DNA from: an uncultured Azospirillaceae bacterium
GTDB lineage: Bacteria; Pseudomonadota; Alphaproteobacteria; RF32; CAG-239
Assembly (NCBI GenBank): GCA_964655915.1
Contig: CAZZNV010000004.1
Location: 18,664-82,663 of the forward strand
DNA: 64,000 nt
Direction: 5' to 3'
The notes beneath the pieces were generated by a model. That model was not told the DNA's origin. It saw nothing but the letters and a program-made list of their open reading frames with translations, and searched no databases. Every line of letters starts with the position of its first letter. The first letter of the stretch is position 1. Of the stretch, positions 19,148-28,275 are shown piece after piece. Both the position numbers and the translations under genes were made by a program.

Positions 19148-19932
19148 TGGTTAATGGATATTCCGAATAAATTTTTGATTTTGCTCTTATTCAGAACGGA
19201 GTAGTGCGGTCGCACTGCCGGAGTTGGGTAGTCTTTACTTTCTATCGGCAGAACTGTGCAAGAAAGGCCGGACTGTTGCATGATTTCGATGGCAAAATCA
19301 TACCAAGAACATACGCCCTCATTTGTAAACTGGACGAGCTCTTTCATTCCGGATTTTATTTGCGGTAAAATATCAACGATGGCCTGAGCCAAATCGGCGG
19401 CGTAAGTCGGTGTGCCGATTTGGTCAAAAACAACGTTCAGGTTTGGACGTTCAGCACCTAATCGGCGCATGGTTTTAACAAAATTGTTGCCATATTCGGA
19501 ATAAAGCCAAGCTGTGCGAATAATAACGGCGGCAGAGGCTTTTTCAAAAACCAACCGTTCACCTTCAAGTTTTGTTTTTCCGTAAACAGATACGGGGGAC
19601 GGGATGTCATCTTCCGTGTAGGGGCGAAAATTATGTCCGTTAAAAACATAATCCGTTGAAATATGAACGAGCGGAACGCCTGTTTCGGCCAGATTTGCGG
19701 GACCAACAGCGTTTATCTTGCGAGCCAGCTCTTCGTCGGTTTCAGCTTTATCGACCGCGGTATAAGCTGCGCAGTTGATGATAGCCGTAAAGTTTTTGTT
19801 GCGGCAAAATTCCAAAACAGCCTGTTTGTCGGTGATGTCCAGTTCATCGCGGTCAACATAAAAGGCCGCGTTCTGCAACAGCTTTCTCAAACAGTTGCCC
19901 AGTTGTCCGTTAGCTCCGGTTACCAAATACAT
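19105..19932 (-). CDS. rfbD: dTDP-4-dehydrorhamnose reductase
   Basis: MYLVTGANGQLG... Confidence 0.9.
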   Translation of the reverse strand: MYLVTGANGQLGNCLRKLLQNAAFYVDRDELDITDKQAVLEFCRNKNFTAIINCAAYTAVDKAETDEELARKINAVGPANLAETGVPLVHISTDYVFNGHNFRPYTEDDIPSPVSVYGKTKLEGERLVFEKASAAVIIRTAWLYSEYGNNFVKTMRRLGAERPNLNVVFDQIGTPTYAADLAQAIVDILPQIKSGMKELVQFTNEGVCSWYDFAIEIMQQSGLSCTVLPIESKDYPTPAVRPHYSVLNKSKIKNLFGISINHWKESLSSCLKNLS

Positions 19933-20468
19933 TGAACATCCTCCAAAAGCGGAAGCAATTTATCTTTATCTGATAAAATGGCTTTGCTCATGTCTATTTT
20001 CCAATCAATACCAAGCTTAGGGTCATCAAAGCGGATGCCGCCTTCAGAGGCTTTATTGTAGACATTGTCACATTTATAGGCGAAGGTGGCTCGTTCGCTC
20101 AAAACGGCAAAACCATGGGCAAAACGTCTGGGAATCATCAATTGACGATTGTTTTCTGCCGACAGTTCCACTGCAACATGTTTGCCGAAGGTCGGAGATT
20201 CAGGTCTTAGGTCAACAGCCACATCAAGAACGCAGCCTTCCAAAACGCGAACTAGCTTGGCTTGTGAAAATTCACCTTTTTGAAAATGAAGACCACGCAC
20301 AGTTCCGTAGACGGACTGAGACTGATTGTCTTGAATAAAATTATAGCTCAATCCCGCTTCTCTAAATTTGGCCTCATTGTAGCTTTCAAAGAAATAGCCT
20401 CGAGCATCTTTAAAAACTTGAGGTTCTATGATGAGAACATCTTTAATCGGTGTATCAATAATCTTCAT
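19920..20468 (-). CDS. rfbC: dTDP-4-dehydrorhamnose 3,5-epimerase
   Basis: Trimmed to MKIIDTPIKDVLIIEPQVFKDARGYFFESYN. Confidence 0.9.
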   Translation of the reverse strand: MKIIDTPIKDVLIIEPQVFKDARGYFFESYNEAKFREAGLSYNFIQDNQSQSVYGTVRGLHFQKGEFSQAKLVRVLEGCVLDVAVDLRPESPTFGKHVAVELSAENNRQLMIPRRFAHGFAVLSERATFAYKCDNVYNKASEGGIRFDDPKLGIDWKIDMSKAILSDKDKLLPLLEDVQCIW

Positions 20469-21339
20469 GATATTCCTCAAAAACTGTTTGCAAATATTTT
20501 TTATAGTCAATTCCGTCTTTTAGGGAATTGATTATTTCAGTCATGCGTTCATCACTGATGAAACCGCGGCGGTAGGCGATTTCTTCAATACAGGCGATTT
20601 TCAGGCCTTGCCGCATTTCAATGATTTCGATGAAGTTTGATGAATCGAGCAATGATTGCGGTGTTCCGGCATCGAGCCATGCGTTTCCTCGTTTCATAGT
20701 GACAACTTTAAGTCTGTTTTCCGCCAAATAAGCCTTGTTAATGTCTGTAATTTCTAATTCTCCGCGAGCAGAAGGCTTCAAGTTACGGGCTTTTTCAACA
20801 ACATCCGATTTATAAAAGTAAAGTCCGACGACGGCATAATTTGATTTGGGATTTTTGGGTTTTTCTTCAATCGATAGTACATTGTGTTGTTTGTCAAACT
20901 CAACAACACCAAACCTTTGCGGGTCAGAAACATGGTAACCGAAAACCGTGCCTCCGGGGTTGTTGGCAACTTCTTCACGGAAGCTTTTCAACTGGTCGCC
21001 CATGTAGAAAATATTATCACCCAAGATGAGGCACACTTCATCATTGCCGATGAAGTCGGCACCGAGAATAAAGGCTTCGGCAATTCCGCGCGGTTGTTCC
21101 TGAATTTTGTAACTGATATTAAGGCCCAGTCCCGAACCATCACCGAAAAAACACTCGATGTTGGGTGTATCTTCCGGAGTGGAAATTATCAAAATGTCCT
21201 TTATGCCAAAAAGCATGAGTGTGGACAAAGGGTAATATATCATAGGTTTATCATAAACAGGCAACAGCTGTTTACTGGTGGTTTTTGTGAGGGGATAAAG
21301 TCTTGTTCCGCTCCCTCCGGCAAGGATTATTCCTTTCAT
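20455..21339 (-). CDS. rfbA: Glucose-1-phosphate thymidylyltransferase
   Basis: MKGIILAGGSGTRLYPLT... Confidence 0.95.
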   Translation of the reverse strand: MKGIILAGGSGTRLYPLTKTTSKQLLPVYDKPMIYYPLSTLMLFGIKDILIISTPEDTPNIECFFGDGSGLGLNISYKIQEQPRGIAEAFILGADFIGNDEVCLILGDNIFYMGDQLKSFREEVANNPGGTVFGYHVSDPQRFGVVEFDKQHNVLSIEEKPKNPKSNYAVVGLYFYKSDVVEKARNLKPSARGELEITDINKAYLAENRLKVVTMKRGNAWLDAGTPQSLLDSSNFIEIIEMRQGLKIACIEEIAYRRGFISDERMTEIINSLKDGIDYKKYLQTVFEEYHEDY

Positions 21340-21465
21340 GGCGTTCTCCTAAATAAATATGTATGCTTTTGTTATAAATTATTCCGGCTTATAATTCAAG
21401 CATGGTATTTTTTTCAAAATTCGGTTGTGGACAATTGCCGGAACAAATAAAAACTAATTTGAGGA

Positions 21466-21508
21466 TATAAAAAACGCAGTCCGATTTTTGGGGACTGCGT
21501 TTTTTATT
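21466..21508. terminator. Bidirectional terminator (AACGCAGTCC-loop-GGACTGCGTT, flanked by an A-run and a T-run)
   Basis: 10-bp stem between the terC-family gene end and the rfb operon. Confidence 0.6.
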
Positions 21509-21519
21509 ATGAGATTGTC

Positions 21520-22476
21520 TTAGTTCGCTTTGGTTGGTTTCTTCATCAGAGATAAGATTATTCCTCCGCTGATAAGAACGAATGTGACAACCAAAGAGGC
21601 CTTAGGACTGACTTCCAAACCGACATACGGCAAGAAGATTTTTGCTCCGATAAATATCAGAATGATAGATAAAGCCGGTTTGAGGTATGTGAAGCTGTTA
21701 ACCGCGGCGGCTAACAGAAAGTACAATGCTCGCAGACCTAAAATGGCAAAAATATTGCTGGTGTAAACCACAAAAACATCTTGGGTAATCAGGAAAATGG
21801 CGGGTATGCTGTCGAGAGCAAAAATCACATCCATTATTTCGATGATTATTAGGGCAAAAAACAGCGGCGTGATAAAGAAATGGTTATTTTCTTTTACAAA
21901 AAAGTGTTCTCCGCGGATTTCGTGAGTGACGTGAAAATATTTGCTGATAAAAGTATACAACTTACTGTCGCGAATGTCCGTGTTTTCCTCTTCCTGATGA
22001 AACGACATTTTGATTCCCGTGTAAATCAGGAATGCGGAGAAGACGTAAAGAACCCAATGGAAGTTGGAAATCATAACTTCGCCAAGACCAATCAATATTC
22101 CGCGCATGATGATGGCGCCTAAAATTCCCCAAAACAAAACGCGATGTTGATATTTACGTTCTATTCCGAGGCTGGTGAAGATGACGGACATAATGAAGAT
22201 GTTATCCAGTGACAAACTTTTTTCCACTAAAAATCCCGTGTAGTAAAGCATGCCGATTTCTTGTCCGCGTTCGTAGATGACAAAAACTCCAAAAATGAGG
22301 GCCATGGCAATGTAGAAAATACAGGCAGCCAATGTTTCTCCGATTTTGGGTTCGGCGGCATGACGATGAAATACAAATAGATCCAGATAAAGTAAAGTGA
22401 TTACCAGAATCCCAAAAATCGTCCACATCCAAGTGCCTGAAAGTATGGTGTGCGGTGCAGTTAAAAGTCCTTCCAT
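21520..22476 (-). CDS. TerC-family integral membrane protein (Alx/YkoY-like)
   Basis: 318 aa, multi-TM, with TerC motifs ...EKSLSLDNIFIMSVIF... and ...ALDSIPAIF... Confidence 0.75.
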   Translation of the reverse strand: MEGLLTAPHTILSGTWMWTIFGILVITLLYLDLFVFHRHAAEPKIGETLAACIFYIAMALIFGVFVIYERGQEIGMLYYTGFLVEKSLSLDNIFIMSVIFTSLGIERKYQHRVLFWGILGAIIMRGILIGLGEVMISNFHWVLYVFSAFLIYTGIKMSFHQEEENTDIRDSKLYTFISKYFHVTHEIRGEHFFVKENNHFFITPLFFALIIIEIMDVIFALDSIPAIFLITQDVFVVYTSNIFAILGLRALYFLLAAAVNSFTYLKPALSIILIFIGAKIFLPYVGLEVSPKASLVVTFVLISGGIILSLMKKPTKAN

Positions 22477-22565
22477 GTTATCCTCGCAAAATAGGTAATT
22501 ATTCTGCGCCTATCTCATCATATTTATCGTTTATGTTCAAGGGTAAAGCTTTTAATGTGCATAGC

Positions 22566-23165
22566 TTATCCGTTAAATATTTTTATACGCTTCGAAATTG
22601 GTAAAAATGTTTTTGCATCGGGGTTTTTTTCAATGGAACCGAATGGCATTTGCGCAATTAATCTCCACGATGTCGGAGTTTTGAATTGTTTGTGTACTTC
22701 ATCGTCTATCAATGGAGTGTAATGTTGCAAAGATGCCCCGATATGATGTTCAGCCAACAAGGTCCAAATGATGTATTGTAAAATACCGGAGGCTTGTTCA
22801 GCCCATATCGGGAATTTATCGGCGTATAATGGAAAATCTTTTTGCAATTTTTTCGTGGTGTGGTCATCAATAAAGTAAAGAACGGTTCCGCTTCCGGCGG
22901 CAAAAGATGCTATTTTTTCTTTAGTGGTTGAAAGCTTTTTCGGAGGAATACTTTTTTCCAGTTCTTGTAAGGTGAGCAGCCAAAGTTTTTGATGCGCTTC
23001 CTTATATAACAACACCAAGCGGTTAGCCTGGGAGTTGAATGGCGTGGGGCTTTGCTTCAGAGCTTGTTCAATTAAACGGGATATTTCATTTTCGGGTAGG
23101 GGAGCGGGGTTTCCTAAATGATATATTGAGCGGCGAATGGAAATCAGTTCTTCAAAACAATCCAT
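22566..23165 (-). CDS. Nitroreductase-family protein
   Basis: ISIRRSIYHLGNPAPLPENEISRLIEQALKQSPTPFNSQ is the typical RRS.R.F N-terminal motif. Confidence 0.7.
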   Translation of the reverse strand: MDCFEELISIRRSIYHLGNPAPLPENEISRLIEQALKQSPTPFNSQANRLVLLYKEAHQKLWLLTLQELEKSIPPKKLSTTKEKIASFAAGSGTVLYFIDDHTTKKLQKDFPLYADKFPIWAEQASGILQYIIWTLLAEHHIGASLQHYTPLIDDEVHKQFKTPTSWRLIAQMPFGSIEKNPDAKTFLPISKRIKIFNG

Positions 23166-23174
23166 TTTTTTATC

Positions 23175-23207
23175 CTGAAAAAAGGCGCTTTGATTGTTAA
23201 AGCGCCT
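23175..23207 (-). terminator. Terminator for the BOF gene (AGGCGCTTT-loop-AAAGCGCCT, then a U-run on the minus strand)
   Basis: 9-bp stem. Confidence 0.55.
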
Positions 23208-23225
23208 GTATGATTATTCACTTTT

Positions 23226-23579
23226 TTACTGGTTGGCTAAGGCAACTTCATCGACATCAATTTCTACAATATCGCCGTTTTTATCAATTTCACCGGTGAT
23301 AATGATGACGTCATTTACGCCGACGTTAATCCCATTCCAGTCATCATCGTCAATTTCCACGGTGATGTCGCCGGTGCTGTCTGTGAAGATGTACATGTCA
23401 TCACCCAAGTTTTTGGTTATGCTTCCTTCGATAATGACCATTGTTTCGTCAGGCATGTTTTTGGCTTTGTCAACAGTTGTTTTAGATGCGTTTGAGGGGC
23501 CTGTGAAGCCGGCAAAGGTTGCAGAACCAAACATTATGATACCGGCAGCCAAAATAGTCAGTATGTTTAATTTTTTCAT
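23226..23579 (-). CDS. Periplasmic OB-fold protein (YgiW/YdeI BOF family, DUF388)
   Basis: Signal peptide plus ...IIEGSITKNLGDDMYIFTDSTGDITVEIDDDDWNG...ITGEIDKN...VEIDVDEV. Confidence 0.7.
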   Translation of the reverse strand: MKKLNILTILAAGIIMFGSATFAGFTGPSNASKTTVDKAKNMPDETMVIIEGSITKNLGDDMYIFTDSTGDITVEIDDDDWNGINVGVNDVIIITGEIDKNGDIVEIDVDEVALANQ

Positions 23580-23826
23580 AAAACTTCTCCTTTAATTGCA
23601 GATGGACTTAAAAAATATAGTGGTGACAGGCGTTATTGCATTAATACTTTAGTTTATCTTGCAACCAAAGTTTTTGGATGATGTGAGTGATAATAAAAAA
23701 GTGTCGGAAGAAGATGGTTGCTTATTTGAACTTTTTCAATTAAACTGCCGAAGTCAAAGAAAGTAAAAACTTTGAATTTTTATATTTCTTTGGTGAAAAT
23801 ATTAATCATTTTACCAAGGGGAAAAG

Positions 23827-24912
23827 ATGAAAGTCTTAGTCGGATTAAGCGGTGGCGTAGATTCATCTGTGACGGCTTGTTTGCTGAAAGAGGCCGGTCA
23901 TCAGGTGATTGGCGCGACCATGTCTATTTGGGACAAAAAACAGACCTACAAATTAATGTCGCAGAAAGATGCCTGTTTTTCACCACATGAGGAACAAGAT
24001 ATTGAAGAGGCCAGAGCTTTATGTGAACAGTTGGATATTCCATATCATGTTATTGATTGTACAAAGCAGTATCAACAACTGGTTTTGCAAAATTTTAAAA
24101 ATGAGTACTTATCGGGAAGAACGCCTAATCCTTGTGTGTGGTGCAATTCAACCATAAAGTTTGAGGCTTTGCCACGCGGAGCAAAAGCGGCAGGAATTGA
24201 GTTTGATAAGTTTGCAACAGGGCATTATGCGCGTTTGTCGTTTGATGAAGTCGGCGGGCGTTATCGTTTACGGCGTGCTGTTGATGAGCGCAAAGATCAG
24301 AGCTATTTTATATATCGCTTAAAGCAAGAGCAACTTGCAAAAATTATGTTGCCTTTGGGAGAAATGACAAAGAATGATGTGCGAGAAATTGCCCGTAAAT
24401 ATGGTTTGAAGGTGAGTGATAAACCCGATAGTCAAGATTTTTACTCCGGAGATGTTAATGACTTGTTGCAGGCGGAACCTAAGATTGGAAATATGGTTGA
24501 TAAAAATGGTAAAGTTTTGGGACAACATCAAGGAATTTGGAATTTTACCGTCGGTCAGCGGCGTGGTCTCGGTGTGGCCGGAGCAGAGCGCCCTCTTTAT
24601 GTTATTGCACTGAATGCGGAAAAAAATGAAGTGGTTTTGGGATATGAAGAAGACGGCTATCGTGAGGCTTTGACCGTGTCCGGAGTGACTTGGCTTTCGG
24701 TTGCCGCCTTTGATAAACCGACAGAGGTTTGGGTTAAAATTCGTTCAGCGCAAAATCCGGTGAGAGCTACCGTTAATGTGCTTAATGATGAACGCGCGGA
24801 AGTTGTTTTTTATGAGAAGCAAAAAGCGGTGGCGGCAGGGCAGTCGGCCGTGTTTTATGATGAAGACGGTTTTGTTCTGGGCGGAGGCATAATTGAAAGC
24901 CATGTCGAATAA
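23827..24912 (+). CDS. mnmA: tRNA-specific 2-thiouridylase MnmA
   Basis: MKVLVGLSGGVDSSVTACLL (PP-loop) ...TPNPCVWCN... Confidence 0.9.
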   Translation: MKVLVGLSGGVDSSVTACLLKEAGHQVIGATMSIWDKKQTYKLMSQKDACFSPHEEQDIEEARALCEQLDIPYHVIDCTKQYQQLVLQNFKNEYLSGRTPNPCVWCNSTIKFEALPRGAKAAGIEFDKFATGHYARLSFDEVGGRYRLRRAVDERKDQSYFIYRLKQEQLAKIMLPLGEMTKNDVREIARKYGLKVSDKPDSQDFYSGDVNDLLQAEPKIGNMVDKNGKVLGQHQGIWNFTVGQRRGLGVAGAERPLYVIALNAEKNEVVLGYEEDGYREALTVSGVTWLSVAAFDKPTEVWVKIRSAQNPVRATVNVLNDERAEVVFYEKQKAVAAGQSAVFYDEDGFVLGGGIIESHVE

Positions 24913-25903
24913 GCTCAGTCGCTCGGATATTATTTCTCTGTTGTCAAACGAAGCTGATCAAGAGGATTTGTTTGGGCGAGCAGACAGGGTGCGGCGGCAA
25001 TATGTCGGTGATGCGGTGCATTTGCGCGGGTTGATAGAGTTTTCCAATATTTGTCGCAACAATTGTTTGTATTGCGGTATCAGGCGGGGAAATAATAAAG
25101 TTACGCGTTATCATATGCAGCCGGAAGAAGTGATTGAAACGGCACATAAAGCGGCAGATATGGGATTTAAAACCGTGGTGTTGCAATCCGGTGAGGATAT
25201 GTTTTACAGCGCGGCGGTAATGTGTCGGATTATTGAGACCATAAAAAAATTCGACGTGGCCGTGACATTGAGCATTGGTGAACGAGATTACACGGATTAT
25301 AAAGCTTTTCGCGAGGCCGGAGCAGACAGGTATCTCATGCGGATAGAAACGACGGATAGAGATTTATATCATGAACTTGACCCCGGAATGAGTTGGCAGC
25401 GGCGTTACGAATGCCTGTTGATGATTAAGGAGCTGGGATATGAACTGGGGTCAGGAATAATGGTCGGTTTGCCGCGGCAAAGTGTGGAGTCTATCGCTGA
25501 TGATTTGTTATTTTTGCGTGACTTAGAGGTGGATATGGCCGGTATCGGTCCGTTTATTCCGCATCAGGATACGCCGTTAGCCGATGAAAAGGGCGGGACG
25601 TTGTATTTGGCGTTGCGTGCGATGGCCGTTATGCGTCTTTTAATGCCGGATATTAATATTCCGGCAACAACGGCGATGGAAAGTTTGCACCCGAACGGGC
25701 GTTTGGTGGCATTGAAAAGCGGTGCTAATGTGGTGATGCCGAATGTGACGGAAGGCGAATATCGCAAACTCTATGAATTATATCCCGGAAAAATATGCGT
25801 TAACGATACTCCGTTGCATTGCAAAAGCTGTATTGGTCTGAAAATAATGAGTATCGGACGGACAATCGGTGAGGGGTATGGCGGACATATAAAACGCTTT
25901 TAA
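24893..25903 (+). CDS. Radical-SAM enzyme of the HydE/PylB/BioB subfamily (HydE-like), overlapping the mnmA 3' end
   Basis: CRNNCLYCGIRRGNNKVTRYHMQPEEV closely resembles the HydE CxxxCxYCG.RR box. Its start overlaps the mnmA stop by 11-20 nt. Could also start at ATG 24902. Confidence 0.6.
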   Translation: MKAMSNKLSRSDIISLLSNEADQEDLFGRADRVRRQYVGDAVHLRGLIEFSNICRNNCLYCGIRRGNNKVTRYHMQPEEVIETAHKAADMGFKTVVLQSGEDMFYSAAVMCRIIETIKKFDVAVTLSIGERDYTDYKAFREAGADRYLMRIETTDRDLYHELDPGMSWQRRYECLLMIKELGYELGSGIMVGLPRQSVESIADDLLFLRDLEVDMAGIGPFIPHQDTPLADEKGGTLYLALRAMAVMRLLMPDINIPATTAMESLHPNGRLVALKSGANVVMPNVTEGEYRKLYELYPGKICVNDTPLHCKSCIGLKIMSIGRTIGEGYGGHIKRF

Positions 25904-25915
25904 TCGGTTTTTATT

Positions 25916-26188
25916 TTAGTCTTCAAAGCGTTCAAATAACTTTTTTAACTCTTCGATTTTTTTGTTCTTATCTTCGCCAGAGGCAAAAGATTGGGCAACG
26001 CAATGTTGCAAGTGTTTTTGAAGAATGTTTGATTCCACGGCTTTAACCGCAGAGCGGACAGCTCGCAGCTGGCTTAAAATTTCAGGACAATAGCGCCCGT
26101 CTTCAATCATTTTTTTTATGCCTTCAACTTGTCCGGCGATACGATTGAGACGGGGAATGTTGTCTGCGTGGCAGGGATGTGTACTCAT
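25916..26188 (-). CDS. CsoR/RcnR/FrmR-family metal-sensing transcriptional repressor
   Basis: Trimmed to MSTHPCHADNIPRLNRIAGQVEGIKKMIEDGRYCPEILSQLRAVRSAV...HLQHCV. Has the His/Cys fingerprint positions of an RcnR/CsoR-like sensor. GGAGAA RBS. Confidence 0.7.
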   Translation of the reverse strand: MSTHPCHADNIPRLNRIAGQVEGIKKMIEDGRYCPEILSQLRAVRSAVKAVESNILQKHLQHCVAQSFASGEDKNKKIEELKKLFERFED

Positions 26189-26238
26189 TTCATTCTCCAA
26201 AAGAATCAGACGGCGCTTGGTTAGGCGCCGTCGATAAG

Positions 26239-26412
26239 TTATTTGTTTTTACCGCAGTTGCATTCCGGACAGCATTTATTTTCTTCTGTGCAGTGGCAGT
26301 TTTCACCACAGGTGCAGTGCTCACCACAATGGCATTCGCCATTTCCGCATTGACAATTTTCGCCACACTGGCAGTTTTCGCATTTACAGTTGGGATTTGT
26401 GCATTTGGTCAT
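26239..26412 (-). CDS. Cysteine-rich metallothionein-like small protein (57 aa, 17 Cys, 3 His). Not in the ORF track because it is under 60 aa.
   Basis: Hand translation of the minus strand: MTKCTNPNCKCENCQCGENCQCGNGECHCGEHCTCGENCHCTEENKCCPECNCGKNK*. AAGGAGAAAAAAATG RBS. Sits immediately upstream of the CsoR-family repressor on the same strand, separated by the hairpin GACGGCGC-8 nt-GCGCCGTC. Confidence 0.6.
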   Translation of the reverse strand: MTKCTNPNCKCENCQCGENCQCGNGECHCGEHCTCGENCHCTEENKCCPECNCGKNK

Positions 26413-26565
26413 TTTTTTCTCCTTATTGATTTCTTATGCATACATATACCATGTATGGGTATGTGTCAAGCCATATTTTTATTTGCTTGTTGATATGTTG
26501 TAGCCCGTGCTTGACAAAAAACTGTTCGCAATAGCATGATTTTATGGTTGGAACGGAGTAATTTT

Positions 26566-28266
26566 ATGGTCAAAATTAGCATAGTGATGCCGGTATATAA
26601 TACCGAAAAATACTTGTCAGAAACGTTAGATGCTGTTTTAGCACAAACTTTTGCAGATTTTGAGGTTATATGTGTTGATGACGGAAGCACAGACGGTAGT
26701 TTAAGGATTCTTGAAGAGTATCGAGATAAAGATGAACGCATAAAAATTGTCGTTCAGGATAATCAGGGTGTTGTGGCGGCAAGGAACAATGCTATTGCTT
26801 TAGCAAAAGGGGAATTTATTTATCCGTTGGATAGTGATGATGTGATAGCCCCGAATTGTCTGGAAAGGTTGTATGAAGTTATCACTACGACGAATAATCG
26901 AGTTGTGGCCAGTGAGGCTTGTTGTTTTGGTGAATGGAACGGTAGCTTCAGGCAACCAAAATTTACAAAATATGAAATGTATGGTTGGCACGAGCAATGT
27001 GTTGTATCTGCCTTATTTTATAAAGAAGATTTTGAGCGTTTTGGCGGGTACCGTCTTGCTTTTAACGGGTTTGGCGGTGATGACATGGATTATTGGCTGA
27101 ATTACATGGATAATGGTATGCCAATGTTTCGTGTTAAAGACTGTTTGTTTTTTTACAGGCAGAAGCTACAACAAGAAAGTGTATGGAAAAATTATAGTAA
27201 AAGCGAGTTTAAGAAAAGATTTGATTATAAAGAATCAATGTTACGCAAATATCATCCTAAAATGAAAAAGTGGGTGTTGTTGTGGAAACTGGCTAAAATG
27301 CAGTCAATCCTTTTTCAGATAAAGAGAACTGAAAATAAAATGAGCATTAGGCTGTTGAAGCTAACCCTTTTCAAAGTTAAACGTGTAAAAGGCAAGAAGC
27401 TTTATTTACTGCTAGGATTTATTCCTGTTTGGCTGAAAAAAGTTTCATCTCTTTTTTGTTATTATTTTGATTCGGTTTTAAATTTTGGAGATTTGTTAAA
27501 TCAGGATTTATTCAATTTTTTTGGAAAAAATTGTATTCGCTCTGGTATATATGATGCTGACGTCATGGCTATCGGTTCATTGCTACAAACGTTATTTCAA
27601 GAAAAAAAGCTGTCATTAATTAAACGTTTCAGGTTGCATTCTAAAAAAGCGCTTATTGTGTTGGGGAGTGGTTTTATATCTGATATGCCAGTCAATTCGT
27701 ATGTCTTAAGAAGGTTAAATGTGAAAGCTGTCAGAGGGTATCATTCATTAAATAAATTGAAGCAATTTAGTAATGTTCATATAGCGTCTGATGTTGCTAT
27801 TGGGGACCCCGGTTTGTTATCTAAATATATTGTTGATGTTTCCAAAGTTGAAAAGAAATATGATTTGGGTATTATTCCTCATTATGTAGATAAAGATAAC
27901 CCATTGTTGAGAAAAATACAGGTTAAGAATTCTATTGTTATTGATGTTCAGCAAAAACCGGAAATGTTCTTACGTCAAGTTGCCGAATGTAGACATATAA
28001 TATCTAGTGCTATGCATGGGCTTGTTGCCGCAGATTCATTGGGAATACCGAATATTAGAATGGTTTTATCGGATAAGATTATTGGCGGTGATTATAAATA
28101 TAACGACTATTATTCTGCATTTGGTTTGAGCAAACATGCAGTTATTGATTTATCGAAGCGTGATTTTTCTGAAAAAGATATACCGGATATTGTCGGGAAT
28201 TACAAAATTAAGATACAACAGGTGGAACATATCTGTAGAGATTTGATAAAAGTCTTTCCACATTAA
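26566..28266 (+). CDS. Bifunctional GT2 glycosyltransferase (N-terminal) / polysaccharide pyruvyl transferase (CsaB/WcaK-like, C-terminal)
   Basis: Trimmed to MVKISIVMPVYNTEKYLSETLDAVLAQTFADFEVICVDDGSTDGS (GGAG RBS). C-terminal half has ...NFGDLLNQDLF... and ...SSAMHGLVAADSLGIPNI..., the pyruvyl-transferase motifs. Confidence 0.65.
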   Translation: MVKISIVMPVYNTEKYLSETLDAVLAQTFADFEVICVDDGSTDGSLRILEEYRDKDERIKIVVQDNQGVVAARNNAIALAKGEFIYPLDSDDVIAPNCLERLYEVITTTNNRVVASEACCFGEWNGSFRQPKFTKYEMYGWHEQCVVSALFYKEDFERFGGYRLAFNGFGGDDMDYWLNYMDNGMPMFRVKDCLFFYRQKLQQESVWKNYSKSEFKKRFDYKESMLRKYHPKMKKWVLLWKLAKMQSILFQIKRTENKMSIRLLKLTLFKVKRVKGKKLYLLLGFIPVWLKKVSSLFCYYFDSVLNFGDLLNQDLFNFFGKNCIRSGIYDADVMAIGSLLQTLFQEKKLSLIKRFRLHSKKALIVLGSGFISDMPVNSYVLRRLNVKAVRGYHSLNKLKQFSNVHIASDVAIGDPGLLSKYIVDVSKVEKKYDLGIIPHYVDKDNPLLRKIQVKNSIVIDVQQKPEMFLRQVAECRHIISSAMHGLVAADSLGIPNIRMVLSDKIIGGDYKYNDYYSAFGLSKHAVIDLSKRDFSEKDIPDIVGNYKIKIQQVEHICRDLIKVFPH

Positions 28267-28275
28267 GGTAAAAAA

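Noticed and set aside
22477-22565. yybP-ykoY (Mn2+) riboswitch upstream of the TerC-family gene
   Set aside because: Only about 90 nt of leader are available before the nitroreductase gene end, and I could not find the conserved riboswitch core boxes in it.
26179-26493. 104-aa plus-strand ORF listed in the track
   Set aside because: Opposite strand of the metallothionein-like gene. It has a GTG start without an RBS and a hydrophobic low-complexity translation, whereas the minus-strand 57-aa ORF has a perfect RBS and a coherent Cys pattern.
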